From positions 864,001 through 928,000 of the forward strand of contig CAWEYG010000003.1 of the NCBI GenBank assembly GCA_963813155.1: DNA of 64,000 nt, given 5' to 3'. How positions within the stretch are numbered: position 1 is the stretch's first letter; every line of letters begins with the position of its first letter. The stretch comes from an uncultured Acidobacteriota bacterium. Its GTDB lineage: Bacteria > Acidobacteriota > Thermoanaerobaculia > UBA5066 > DATFVB01. The position numbers and the translations under genes are program-made. Of the stretch, positions 21,120 to 30,361 are shown in pieces. The notes under the pieces are model-generated. The model made no database searches, was not told the DNA's origin, and worked only from the letters and a program-made list of their open reading frames with translations.

Positions 21120-21692
21120 CTATTTCTTTGCGGCGGCCTTCTTCGTCGCCTTCTCGCGCTTTTCGGTCGCCTTGAACAGCTCCGACCACGTCTGGCCGTC
21201 CGGCGAGATGGACCACGACATCGTGTTCTCGTCCGGCGAGACCTGGGTCACGATGAACCGGCCCTTCATCGTCTTGTCACCCATCTTCTGCTCGTTGCTC
21301 CAGGTCCATTTGTTTCCGTCCACGGTCCCGGTCGCCGTTTCGTGCGTACCCATGCTGTCGAACGAGGTGTATGTGTAGACCTTGTCGTCCGCGTTGTAGC
21401 CGAACATCTCGAGCCCCGTGCTCTTGCCCATCGGCCCGGTGCCCTCCACATGGCACGTCAGGAAATAATTTCCCGCGAACCAGGAGCAATGCTCGGTGGC
21501 TGTCATTTTCCCGCCGGGGCCCATCGGGCTCTTCATCATTTCGCCCGTGAGATGCCACGTCCCCGCGAACGAGGCCAGCTTCTGGACCTCGGGCGCGGGT
21601 TTCGGCATTTCTGCCTTCTTCGTTTCCGCGGCGAAAGCAAGCGCGGAGATGGCGAGGATCAGGGTGGGCAGTACGAACGAGGTCTTTTTCAT
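21120..21692 (-). CDS. Secreted DUF1579-like protein
   Basis: Signal peptide, PKPAPE...GTW, GY, DSMG motifs; AGGAGG SD-like. Confidence 0.7.
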   Translation of the reverse strand: MKKTSFVLPTLILAISALAFAAETKKAEMPKPAPEVQKLASFAGTWHLTGEMMKSPMGPGGKMTATEHCSWFAGNYFLTCHVEGTGPMGKSTGLEMFGYNADDKVYTYTSFDSMGTHETATGTVDGNKWTWSNEQKMGDKTMKGRFIVTQVSPDENTMSWSISPDGQTWSELFKATEKREKATKKAAAKK

Positions 21693-21730
21693 GAGTCCTC
21701 CCTTTCGGGGGGAATCTTACCTCCGTAAGA

Positions 21731-24016
21731 TCACCCCGATTCCTCCCGTTGCACGGGCGAGGCGGGCAAACGGCCGAGAACCGGCAGGCCCCCCGCACCG
21801 ACGCGCCCGAAGCTCAAAACGCCGGTCGGGCACATCTGAACGCACGCGGAGCAAGCCACGCACTCGGGGTCCTCCATCGGCGCACCCTTGTTCGCGAAGC
21901 TCATCACGTCGATCCCCTGGTGACAAACGGACGTGCAGACATTGCAGGAGATGCACTTCGACTTCTCCGGAAAGATCCGGAATTTCGAAAAGCGCGCGTA
22001 CACGTGCATCAGCGCCGCGAGCGGGCAGGCGAACCGGCACCAGACGCGGCCCGAGAACCAGAAGTAGAGACCCACCCCCAGGATCCCCGCGAGGAAGATG
22101 TCCACGGACCAGGAATAGTTCAAAAAAGGGATTCCCTCGAAGAGAGCGTGGAACACGCGCGCCGGCCGCGATCCGGGGCCCTCCGCCCACCCCGCGATCC
22201 GGAACCCCAGGACAAGGACGGCGAATCCGAGGACCGCCTGGCCCGCCATGTTGACGCGGTTCCACAGCGGGCCGTGCGGCATCTTCTGGCGGTGCGCGTC
22301 CCCGAGAGTCTCCGCCAGGGCTCCGCACGAGCAGATCCAGCCGCAGTACGCGCCTTTTCCCCAGCGGCGGATCAGCAGCGGGAGGATTACACAGGTCTGG
22401 ACGAAGCAGATCGCGAGCCACAGCCACATCGGGCGATCGGTGAACACGTTGTAGACGTTCAGGGGGAAGGCGAGGACGAATCCGTAGGACCGCCAGTAGG
22501 CGCGCTCGCGCCCGATCGCGTCGTAGCGCTCGAAGAGATGGTCGGCGAGCCACTGGGCCGCCCCGCCGTGCGAAAAGAAGCCGTTCCGGCCCATCCATGG
22601 GAGAAGGATCTCCGGAAGGAGGAACAGCGGCAGGCACTGAATCGCGATCAACGTCAGCGTCTGGAGCGTGACGTACGGCGTCTTCCGACGGCGGATTCGG
22701 CGGACGCCGAAAATGGCCACGAGCGCGCAGTAGACGAGCGTGTAATAGAACGCCGGATTGCCGAGCCCGCGCCGGACCGTGAAGAGCAGGTTCGTCTCGC
22801 GATTCGACCAGTCGGCGATCTTCCCGCCCGCCGCATCGATCGCAGCGGGAACTCCGTAAGGAAACGCGCTCCGCGCCTCGGCCCAGCTCTGGATGGGAAC
22901 CTCCGGATGGCGGCTCTTCCAGTTGAAGAGCACGGTGCACAGGATCAGGAACGCCGCGAGGCCGGCGTACGCCGCGACTCCAAGCTCTCCCCGGATGCGA
23001 ATGCCGGACCGGCGGAAGAAGTCCAGCGGCGCCTCGCGCCCGATCATCGAAAACACGATATCGTTTGGAAGCCGTTGCTCCTTGCCCCCGGCGCTCCTCA
23101 GGACGACCTCCGCGGGCTCGATCCGCAAAAGCTCGCTGCCCATCTCGACGCGGAGAGAGGCCGGCGACCCGTCCCGCTCGCGTTGCCGAATCCCGTGGAG
23201 GTTTTCCGCTTTGGGCCGCGAGAACGACGTTCGCCGGTACGACAGGATCACGCGCGCGCCGGCGTCCGCGAGCGCGATCGCGGTCTCGAGGGCCGCGTCG
23301 CCGCCCCCGACGACGAGCGCGTCCTGCCCGGCGAAATCCTTCGGGTCGTGGAGCCGGTCGTACACCTTGCCCGAGCTCTCGCCGGGAACGTTCAGCTTCC
23401 GATGGCCGCCGCTGCGGCCGATCGCGACGATGACCCGGCGCGCGGTCGATGTGCTCCCGCCGGCATGGTGCAGGACCAGGAGATCCCCCTTCCGTTCGAT
23501 CCGTTCGATCCGCGCCGGCGTCACCTCGATCCCCGCCGATCGGCGGAATCCCTCCAGACTCTCGAGAAGCTCCTCCTTGGGATGGACTTCCGATTCGAAC
23601 TGCAGGTCTCCCGCGGGCGTCATTCCGCGCGGATACGTGTAGATCGGCTTTCCCTTCGGAAAATTCTCGACGGTCGAGAAGGCGTCGGCGGCTTCGAACA
23701 CTCGAAAGCGCAGCCCCGCCTTCTTCGCTTCGATCGCCGCTGCGATGCCGGAGACCCCCGCGCCGATGATCGCGAGGTCGTCGCCCGTGGCTCCCTCCCC
23801 GGCGGACTGGAAACCCGGCTCGTCCAGAATCGCCTTCACCGCGCGCGCACCGCTGTCGGAAGCGAACTTCAGCAGAGGGATCCCCGTCAGGTCGCCGACG
23901 ATCCGAACGCCCGGGATTGCCGTCGTTCCGTCGGCGCGGACCTCGGGGAGCGGCTCGACCGTCCCCGCCGGCCACCGCGTGTGGAGCCAATCGGCATATT
24001 TCCGAAAAACGTTCAC
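21731..24016 (-). CDS. FAD/NAD(P)-dependent oxidoreductase (TrxB/YpdA-like) fused to a NapH/MauN-type membrane ferredoxin
   Basis: GAGVSG and GGGDAA Rossmann motifs; TMs with YCGWICSCG and WCRFACP; two 4Fe-4S motifs CISCNVCTSVC and CVACSACVQMC. Confidence 0.85.
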   Translation of the reverse strand: MNVFRKYADWLHTRWPAGTVEPLPEVRADGTTAIPGVRIVGDLTGIPLLKFASDSGARAVKAILDEPGFQSAGEGATGDDLAIIGAGVSGIAAAIEAKKAGLRFRVFEAADAFSTVENFPKGKPIYTYPRGMTPAGDLQFESEVHPKEELLESLEGFRRSAGIEVTPARIERIERKGDLLVLHHAGGSTSTARRVIVAIGRSGGHRKLNVPGESSGKVYDRLHDPKDFAGQDALVVGGGDAALETAIALADAGARVILSYRRTSFSRPKAENLHGIRQRERDGSPASLRVEMGSELLRIEPAEVVLRSAGGKEQRLPNDIVFSMIGREAPLDFFRRSGIRIRGELGVAAYAGLAAFLILCTVLFNWKSRHPEVPIQSWAEARSAFPYGVPAAIDAAGGKIADWSNRETNLLFTVRRGLGNPAFYYTLVYCALVAIFGVRRIRRRKTPYVTLQTLTLIAIQCLPLFLLPEILLPWMGRNGFFSHGGAAQWLADHLFERYDAIGRERAYWRSYGFVLAFPLNVYNVFTDRPMWLWLAICFVQTCVILPLLIRRWGKGAYCGWICSCGALAETLGDAHRQKMPHGPLWNRVNMAGQAVLGFAVLVLGFRIAGWAEGPGSRPARVFHALFEGIPFLNYSWSVDIFLAGILGVGLYFWFSGRVWCRFACPLAALMHVYARFSKFRIFPEKSKCISCNVCTSVCHQGIDVMSFANKGAPMEDPECVACSACVQMCPTGVLSFGRVGAGGLPVLGRLPASPVQREESG

Positions 24017-24067
24017 GACGGCTTCTCCCTCGCGATTTGCGCCTCGCTAGTTTACGCTCGCAGGCTC

Positions 24068-24676
24068 ATGAACGACTTCTCGATGACGCCCCGCGAGGCG
24101 AGGTTCCTGCGGAGCCTCGACCCGGCCTGGAAGATCCAGAAATATCTCGACGGCATCGATTACGACGTCCGAGGAGCCCACTGTCGCTCTCCCCGACGGG
24201 TGCTGCGGGAAAAAACGGCCCAGTGCATGGACGGGGCCCTGTTCGCGGCGGCCGCTCTTCGCCTGCAGGGCCGCCCGCCGCTCATCCTCGATCTCGAAGC
24301 CGAGCGGGACGACGACCATGTCCTGGCGGTGTTCCGGGAACGCGGATGCTGGGGGGCGATCGGCCGTTCGAACTACTCCGGGCTCCGTTTTCGCGAACCG
24401 ATCCATCGAACTCTCCGCGAGCTCGTCCTGTCCTACTTCGAGTCGTATTTCAATCTCCGGCGCGAAAAGACGCTGCGGCGATACGCTCGCCGCCCGGTCG
24501 ATCTTTCGCGGTTCGACGGTCGAAACTGGATGACCTCGGAAGAAGACCTGTGGTTCATTCCGCACTACCTCGAAGAGATCGCGCACGTGAGGCTCCTGAC
24601 GCCTTCGCAGGAGCGGCGGCTCGGGCGCGTCGACGCGAGGATGTTCGCCGCGGGAAAAGTCGGGCGGGAAGAGTAG
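24068..24676 (+). CDS. conserved hypothetical protein (possible transglutaminase-like Cys-His-Asp fold)
   Basis: AQCMDGALFAAA, DDDHVLA, WGAIGRSNY motifs; real start inside long ORF 21749-24676. Confidence 0.65.
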   Translation: MNDFSMTPREARFLRSLDPAWKIQKYLDGIDYDVRGAHCRSPRRVLREKTAQCMDGALFAAAALRLQGRPPLILDLEAERDDDHVLAVFRERGCWGAIGRSNYSGLRFREPIHRTLRELVLSYFESYFNLRREKTLRRYARRPVDLSRFDGRNWMTSEEDLWFIPHYLEEIAHVRLLTPSQERRLGRVDARMFAAGKVGREE

Positions 24677-24701
24677 GACATTGCTCAACCGGAGCCACTC
24701 G

Positions 24702-25712
24702 TCATCCCCGCGAACGCGGGGAGGTGGATTCACATTTGAAGTGCAACAGATGAGAGAAGACCTCGGCCGGGGTTTGGAAGTCAAGGCATTTCCTAGGTGT
24801 GTGATTGTAGAGTTGGGCAAGGCGGAGGATTTGGCTCGTGGGAAGGACTGCCAGGTCGGTTTTTCGGGGGAGGAAGCGACGAAGCCGGCCGATGGCATTT
24901 TCGACTCCGCCCTTCTGCCAAGGAGACCGTGGATCGCAAAAGAATGTTTCGACTCCGAGGGTTTTCCCCAGGCGGTGATGGAAAGCGAACTCGGTTCCGT
25001 TGTCGAAGGTCACGGTGCGGCGCAGGGACGGGGGAAGAGGTCGCAGAAGATTTTCGATGGTAGAGACAAGAGGTGCGGCGGCCTTGCTTTGTTGACGCAG
25101 GATAACCGTCAGTCGAGAAGTACGTTCGTGAAGGGCCAAGACGGCCTGCCCATAGGTGGCAAAGAGCATGAGATCGGCCTCCCAATGGCCAGGGTTGGTT
25201 CGGTCACTGGCTTCTGGGGGTCGCAGAGCAATGGGGACACGGTCTTGGATGTGCACGGTCGAGTTGCCGTGTTTTGGGGAGCGTCGGCCGCGCTTGCTCT
25301 TGCCGCGGGGGAGGTAGAGCCGCCAGGAGTAATCCTTGGTGCGAGCGATCTGAGCGGCGATGAAGCGATAAATGGTTTCATGACTGACAACCGGCCGGCC
25401 TTCTTCGCGCGCGAGCCTGCCGGCGACCTCCTGCGGCGACCATCCCTGACTGAGGCGGTCCAAGACCAGAGCCTGGAGGTCGGGCCGACGCAACAGTTTG
25501 CTGCCGGTCCAGCGCCGTGCCTTGGCCTGTTGACCGGCGTAAACGGGCTGATACCCGCCCGACGTCGTGCAGTTGCGCTTCAGCTCCCGAGCAACGCTCG
25601 ATGGCGCGCGATCCAGACCTGCCGCGATTTGCCGGATCGATTGCCCGGCGCAGCGACGCCGGGCAATCTCACACCGTTCCTGGATCCCAAGCTGCCCGTA
25701 TTGGCGCCCCAT
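24702..25712 (-). CDS. IS30 family transposase
   Basis: HTH SIRQIA...RELKRN, WSP, ETIY, GHWEADL, TFDNGTEF, PWQKGGVEN, PRKCL. Confidence 0.95.
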   Translation of the reverse strand: MGRQYGQLGIQERCEIARRRCAGQSIRQIAAGLDRAPSSVARELKRNCTTSGGYQPVYAGQQAKARRWTGSKLLRRPDLQALVLDRLSQGWSPQEVAGRLAREEGRPVVSHETIYRFIAAQIARTKDYSWRLYLPRGKSKRGRRSPKHGNSTVHIQDRVPIALRPPEASDRTNPGHWEADLMLFATYGQAVLALHERTSRLTVILRQQSKAAAPLVSTIENLLRPLPPSLRRTVTFDNGTEFAFHHRLGKTLGVETFFCDPRSPWQKGGVENAIGRLRRFLPRKTDLAVLPTSQILRLAQLYNHTPRKCLDFQTPAEVFSHLLHFKCESTSPRSRG

Positions 25713-25759
25713 CGCAGCACCCCCATCAGAAGGTGTTGCACTTCGTTTGTGAAATCAAA
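24723..25759 (-). mobile_element. IS30 family insertion sequence
   Basis: Imperfect IRs 24725-24748 and 25734-25757 (19/24 match), GGA direct repeat at 24720-24722 and 25760-25762, lower GC than the flanks. Confidence 0.88.
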
Positions 25760-25842
25760 GGATCGCTCCGTGGTGCCCGCCCCGAGCGATTCCCGCTTGC
25801 GCGGGAATGACCTATTCGTCCACGTGCTCACGCCTCACTTGC

Positions 25843-27786
25843 TCACGCCTTACTCCAGGAAGTCGTCGCCTCGTGGACCTTCGCCTCGATGAAGATCGAG
25901 AGAAGCTCGGCATCGAGCGCGCCCCGTTTCGCCTCGGACCGGAGAATGTCGAGCGCGCCCTCGGGCGCGACTGCGCGCTTGTACGGCCGGTCGGACGCGG
26001 AAAGGGCGTCGTAGATGTCGCAGATCGTCATCATGCGCGCCGGCGGAGGCAGATCGTCGGCGCGAAGGCCCCGGGGGTAGCCGGACCCGTTCAGTTTCTC
26101 GTGATGGAGGTAGGCGAGCTCGGGGACGCGCGACAGCTCGGGGGTCCACGGGATTCGAGAGAGAAACCGGTACGTCTGGGTCACGTGCGACTCGATCTCC
26201 TTTCTCTCCTCCGGATTCAGGCTTCCCTTCGGGATACCGAGGTAGGCTTCTTCCTCGGCCAGCACGAGGGGCTGGGGATCGCCGGCGGCGTCGAACCACT
26301 GGAGCTTGCGCAGCTCTTCGACGCGCGCCGCGGTCTCCTCCTCGAGAACCGTGGGACGGTCGGCGTCGAGGATCAGCTGCCACGCGATGTCGAGGTCGCG
26401 GATCCCCCGGGCGATCTCGTCTCGCGCCTCCCGAACGGGTATTCCCTTCCGGGCCGCCTTCTCCCAGACCCGGGCGGCGGTCGCGAAGCGGGCCTTCTCC
26501 AGCCGCTCGGCGAGCAGCGGAAGCCGTCCGGGGGGAAGCTTGTTCGCCTTCACGAGGACCCACTCGCGGACCCCCACCTTCCCGAAGTCGTGCAGCACGG
26601 CCGCGTACCGCAGCGCCGTCATCTCGGCCGGGGAGATTCGAAAATCGGCGTAGGGACCGCGCGCGATCTTCTGTGCGGCCTCCGCGAGCGTGCAGGTGAG
26701 AATCGCGACGCGTTCGGAATGCCCGGACGTCGTGGGGTCGCGCTGCTCGATCGCGGTAACCGCCGCGCCGACGAATCCTTCGAAAAGGCGCTTCAGGTGC
26801 TCGGTCAGCCGCGCATTCTCGAGCGCGACGGCGGCCTGGGACGCGAGCGAGCGCGCGATCTCTTCGTTCTGCTCGTCGAACGGCACGGTCTCCAGCCGGA
26901 TCATGGCCGTCGTGGCGAGATCGGGAACGACGTGCCGCTTGCGATTCATGAGCTGGAGCACTCCCAGAACGCGGCCCTGCGCGTTCTTCATGGGAACGAC
27001 GAGCATCGATTTCGTGCGATAGCGATTCGTTTCGTCCCAGCCCCGGTTGAAGTGGTAGGGCGCGCCCTCGGGAAGGCGGTAGACATCGTCGATGCGCAGG
27101 ACCGCGGCCGTCGACGCAACGTAGCCCGCGATCGAGGCCATGTCGACCGGCAGGGAATGATCCTCGAAATCGATCGCGACCGAGTCGTTCTGAGCGACCT
27201 GGAACCGAAGCGTCTCCGGGTCGTGCGGCTCGATCAGGTAAAGGCTTCCGGCGTTGGCCTGCGTGAGGTCCCGGGCCCGGGACAGAACCTCGCGGATCAG
27301 GTTCCGGGGATCCGTTTCGGCGGCGAGCGAGATTCCGATCTGATTCAGGTTCTCGATCGCGCGCGTGCGCTCCGCGAGAGCGCGGCGGGAGCGCGCGGAG
27401 ATCGTTCGCTCTTCGAGGAACCGGAAGACGGACCTCACGGCGCGAGCCAGATGGTGTTCGGGAGCGCTCTCGGGAATCGAGAAGTACACGCGCGGAGGCC
27501 AGAAAGGATCCGTGGCGCCCGCCCGATCTCCGACGACGATCACGCCGACCCGTTCCGCCCCTTCTCCGATCCCTTCCGGCGGGGGCGAGGCCAGTTCCGC
27601 GTGCAGCGCGCGATCGAGCAGGAGCACCGCGACATCGTCGGGCCCGAGCGCGAGGCCGCCGCGGTTGAACTCGCTCGCCTCGATTCCCTCCCCGGGAAGC
27701 GACGAGAGCAGAGAGTCGATCCTTTCGCCCCGGCGGTGCAGCAAGCACCGGCGAAAACTCTTGGTCGGAGGCCGGTCCTGCGACAT
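25843..27786 (-). CDS. GAF + HD-GYP cyclic di-GMP phosphodiesterase
   Basis: GAF (YRTKSMLVVP), GHSERV, HDFGK, HHEKLNGSGYP, DIYDAL...RPYK. Confidence 0.9.
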   Translation of the reverse strand: MSQDRPPTKSFRRCLLHRRGERIDSLLSSLPGEGIEASEFNRGGLALGPDDVAVLLLDRALHAELASPPPEGIGEGAERVGVIVVGDRAGATDPFWPPRVYFSIPESAPEHHLARAVRSVFRFLEERTISARSRRALAERTRAIENLNQIGISLAAETDPRNLIREVLSRARDLTQANAGSLYLIEPHDPETLRFQVAQNDSVAIDFEDHSLPVDMASIAGYVASTAAVLRIDDVYRLPEGAPYHFNRGWDETNRYRTKSMLVVPMKNAQGRVLGVLQLMNRKRHVVPDLATTAMIRLETVPFDEQNEEIARSLASQAAVALENARLTEHLKRLFEGFVGAAVTAIEQRDPTTSGHSERVAILTCTLAEAAQKIARGPYADFRISPAEMTALRYAAVLHDFGKVGVREWVLVKANKLPPGRLPLLAERLEKARFATAARVWEKAARKGIPVREARDEIARGIRDLDIAWQLILDADRPTVLEEETAARVEELRKLQWFDAAGDPQPLVLAEEEAYLGIPKGSLNPEERKEIESHVTQTYRFLSRIPWTPELSRVPELAYLHHEKLNGSGYPRGLRADDLPPPARMMTICDIYDALSASDRPYKRAVAPEGALDILRSEAKRGALDAELLSIFIEAKVHEATTSWSKA

Positions 27787-27795
27787 GGATGCCGC

Positions 27796-28380
27796 TCAGG
27801 CGCCCGTCAGGTCCTTGAGAAGCTCCGACACGGTTTCGGGAGACAACTCCGCCTCCCCGCGATTTTCGCCGTGGGAAAGCACGAGCCGGGCCCGGCCGGC
27901 GCCGGCGAGCGCCGAAGAGCCTTCGGGTCCCAGCGGAAAGCGGATGTAATGCACAGCCGAGATCTTATCTTCCCGCCCGTGACCTTCCTCGAAATTCGCG
28001 AAATACCTGCGGCCGCCGATCTCCATCCAGAGGCTCCTGCCTTCGTCCAGCCCGATGAACGAGTCGAGAATCGGCTTCACCCGGGCTTCCTCGGTCACCT
28101 CGACGAACAGCGTCGCGGCGACCTCGCCCGGTTCCGGCAGGAGCGAATTGTAGACGTCGATCTCCTCCTGAATCTTCGCGGGCTCGACGATCCGCTCGGC
28201 CCGAAGCATCTCCTGGATCTGGAAGAGGACCGTGTCGCGGTTCTCGAAAACGAGCGTCACGAGCGGGCCCACCGAAACCCGGCGGAGAGCCTTCTTCTCG
28301 ATCACCCGGCGGCGAAACTCGGGCCGGGCGAGCTCGTATTCGTGGAGATTTTGCAACGACGTGATCGAGATCTTCTGCAT
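27796..28380 (-). CDS. DUF3501 family protein
   Basis: FENRDTVLFQIQEMLRAE, YN.LLP, SAVHY; sits in the rubrerythrin cluster. Confidence 0.82.
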   Translation of the reverse strand: MQKISITSLQNLHEYELARPEFRRRVIEKKALRRVSVGPLVTLVFENRDTVLFQIQEMLRAERIVEPAKIQEEIDVYNSLLPEPGEVAATLFVEVTEEARVKPILDSFIGLDEGRSLWMEIGGRRYFANFEEGHGREDKISAVHYIRFPLGPEGSSALAGAGRARLVLSHGENRGEAELSPETVSELLKDLTGA

Positions 28381-28381
28381 C

Positions 28382-29659
28382 TCAGACTTCCAGGCCGTAA
28401 CAGTCGGCGAGGATCTGAATCGGATGCCGGGGAGACACGCCCGCGCCCTGCGAGATCTGGAGCCCCGCCAGAGGACAATCCGTCGCGACGGCGTCGGCAG
28501 AAGTCTCCCGGAGTTTTTCGAAAAGCGGCTTGCCGATTTCCATGGACATCGGAAAGTACTCCGTTTTCATCGACCACGTGCCGTCGTGTCCCGAGCATTT
28601 CTCGATCGTTTCGACGTGGTTGCCCGGAACGAGTGCCAGGAGATCGCGCGACTTGAACCCGATGTCCTGCACCTTCAAGTGGCATGCCACGTGGTACGCG
28701 ATGCGGCCCGCCGCCTTCGGGAAGTCGGTCTCGAGCTTGCCCGCCGCGTGCCGTTTCATCAGATACTCGCTGAGATCGAGCGTCGCCCGGGAGAGGGCGT
28801 CCGCATCCGCGTCCTTTCCGAGAAGCGGATATTCCTTCTTGAGAGTGAGCGAGCAGGTCGGGCCGGTCGTGACGACCGGAATCCCCCGGCGGACGAAGGG
28901 CATCAGCGAATTCAGGTTCTCGCGGCGGTTCCCGCGAGCGGAGTCGAGATCGCCGGAATCGAGAAACGGCATTCCGCAGCATTTCTGAAACGGGACGATC
29001 ACTTCGACTCCGTTTTTTTCGAGGACTGCGACGGCGGCCTTGCCGATGTCGGGATTGTTGAAATTCACCGAGCACGTCGTGAACAGGACGACGGCGTCGT
29101 CGGTTTGCAGGTCCGAAAGCGACATCTTGCCGCCCCGGCCCGCCCACCATTTCTCGAAGGTCTCGCCGTGAAAGACAGGAAGAAGCCGGTCCCGATGCAC
29201 GCCGAGCGTCTTTTCCATGGCCCAGCGCAGCGGGGCGGTCCGATTCGCGAAATTGACGACCGGAGCGGCGAGGGATGCGAGCGAGCCCAGCGCGTCCGCG
29301 GAACCGAGCACCCGGTCGCGAACGGGAGGCCTGCCCTCGTTTCGAACCCGGGCGGCGCGATCCCGCAGGACGAGCCGCGGAATATCCACGTCCCACCGGT
29401 GGGGCGGATAGTACGGGCAGTGGGGAATGCAAAGCTTGCACTCGAAGCAGAGGTCCGTGAAGGCGTTCAGGTCCGCCTTCGGAACACGATCGATCTCGCC
29501 GTCGACTTCCGGCCGGTCGAGCGCGCGAAAGATCGTGTCGAACGAAGGGCAGAGGTTGTAGCACCGCCGGCACGTGTGGCAGATGTCCATGATCCGCCGG
29601 TACTCCTTCTCGAGCGCGGGAGGATCGGCGAAATCGCGGGCGGAAGGGTCGAACGTCAT
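28382..29659 (-). CDS. Rubrerythrin-associated Fe-S oxidoreductase (4Fe-4S + CCG domains)
   Basis: CHTCRRCYNLC, CFECKLCIPHC, CCGMP, CSGHDG, DCP. Confidence 0.88.
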   Translation of the reverse strand: MTFDPSARDFADPPALEKEYRRIMDICHTCRRCYNLCPSFDTIFRALDRPEVDGEIDRVPKADLNAFTDLCFECKLCIPHCPYYPPHRWDVDIPRLVLRDRAARVRNEGRPPVRDRVLGSADALGSLASLAAPVVNFANRTAPLRWAMEKTLGVHRDRLLPVFHGETFEKWWAGRGGKMSLSDLQTDDAVVLFTTCSVNFNNPDIGKAAVAVLEKNGVEVIVPFQKCCGMPFLDSGDLDSARGNRRENLNSLMPFVRRGIPVVTTGPTCSLTLKKEYPLLGKDADADALSRATLDLSEYLMKRHAAGKLETDFPKAAGRIAYHVACHLKVQDIGFKSRDLLALVPGNHVETIEKCSGHDGTWSMKTEYFPMSMEIGKPLFEKLRETSADAVATDCPLAGLQISQGAGVSPRHPIQILADCYGLEV

Positions 29660-30336
29660 GGGTGATTCCTCGCCTCGCGAGGGCGGCTGTCGCGAGCGAG
29701 CGGTCCACTCGGAAGGGGCGCGGAATCGCCGGCTGCGGGCGGCAACTGCTCGCAACGAGGGAATCGGCCCTTGTCTGGCTCGCTGTTCTCCGACTCGAAA
29801 CGAGGTTCCAGGAGCTCCGGGAACGCGGCCGAGCGGGAGCACAGCGATGCCGCGAGTTGCGATTCCCGAGCTGAGCGACTAGCCGCACGACGCGCCGCCG
29901 GTTCACCGAGTTCACGATTCCCGAGCGTGTCGAGCCCCTTCTGGAATCGTCCCGCGTGGGATTTTTCGGCTCGCGCGAGCGTCTCGAACCACTCGGCGAC
30001 CTCGGTGAACCCCTCTTCGCGGGCGGTCTTCGCGAAGCCCGGGTACATCTGCGTGTACTCGTACGTCTCCCCTTCGACGGCCGATTTCAGGTTCAATTTC
30101 GTGTCCCCGATCGGAAAATTCGTCGCCGGGTCTCCGACCTCCTTCAGGAAGTCAAGATGGCCGAACGCGTGGCCGGTTTCCGCCTCCGACGTGTCGCGAA
30201 AGAGCCCTCCGACGTCGGGGAATCCTTCGATGTCCGCTCGCCGCGCGAAGTACAGATAGCGGCGGTTCGCCTGCGACTCTCCGGCAAAGGCGTGCTTCAG
30301 GTTTTCGTGGGTCTTGGTGTTGACGAGTTTCGGCAT
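29656..30336 (-). CDS. rbr: Rubrerythrin (erythrin type, no rubredoxin domain) with an ~87-aa atypical C-terminal extension
   Basis: [25 protein letters not shown]...MYPGF, AEKSH; SD AGAAGGAG. Confidence 0.88.
   Translation of the reverse strand: MPKLVNTKTHENLKHAFAGESQANRRYLYFARRADIEGFPDVGGLFRDTSEAETGHAFGHLDFLKEVGDPATNFPIGDTKLNLKSAVEGETYEYTQMYPGFAKTAREEGFTEVAEWFETLARAEKSHAGRFQKGLDTLGNRELGEPAARRAASRSARESQLAASLCSRSAAFPELLEPRFESENSEPDKGRFPRCEQLPPAAGDSAPLPSGPLARDSRPREARNHP
29677..29890. other. Long structured element, copy B (related to 20910-21119)
   Basis: Pairings 29683-29693/29875-29886, 29722-29729/29859-29866, 29780-29791/29835-29847; motifs shared with copy A. Confidence 0.6.
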
Positions 30337-30361
30337 TTTTCTTCTCCTTCTCGAAAAGCGG

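Larger units (their letters stand above)
24701..25811. repeat. REP-like inverted doublet split by IS30
   Basis: Left GTCATCCCCGCGAACGCGGGGA (24701-24722) continued by GATCGCTC (25761-25768); right GAGCGATTCCCGCTTGCGCGGGAATGAC (25784-25811). Confidence 0.75.

Noticed and set aside
25825-25850. Short direct repeat TGCTCACGCCT x2
   Set aside because: Two copies only; too short to call an array or element
24681-25892. 403-aa plus-strand ORF over the IS30
   Set aside because: Antisense to the transposase and extends beyond both IS ends; no motif support
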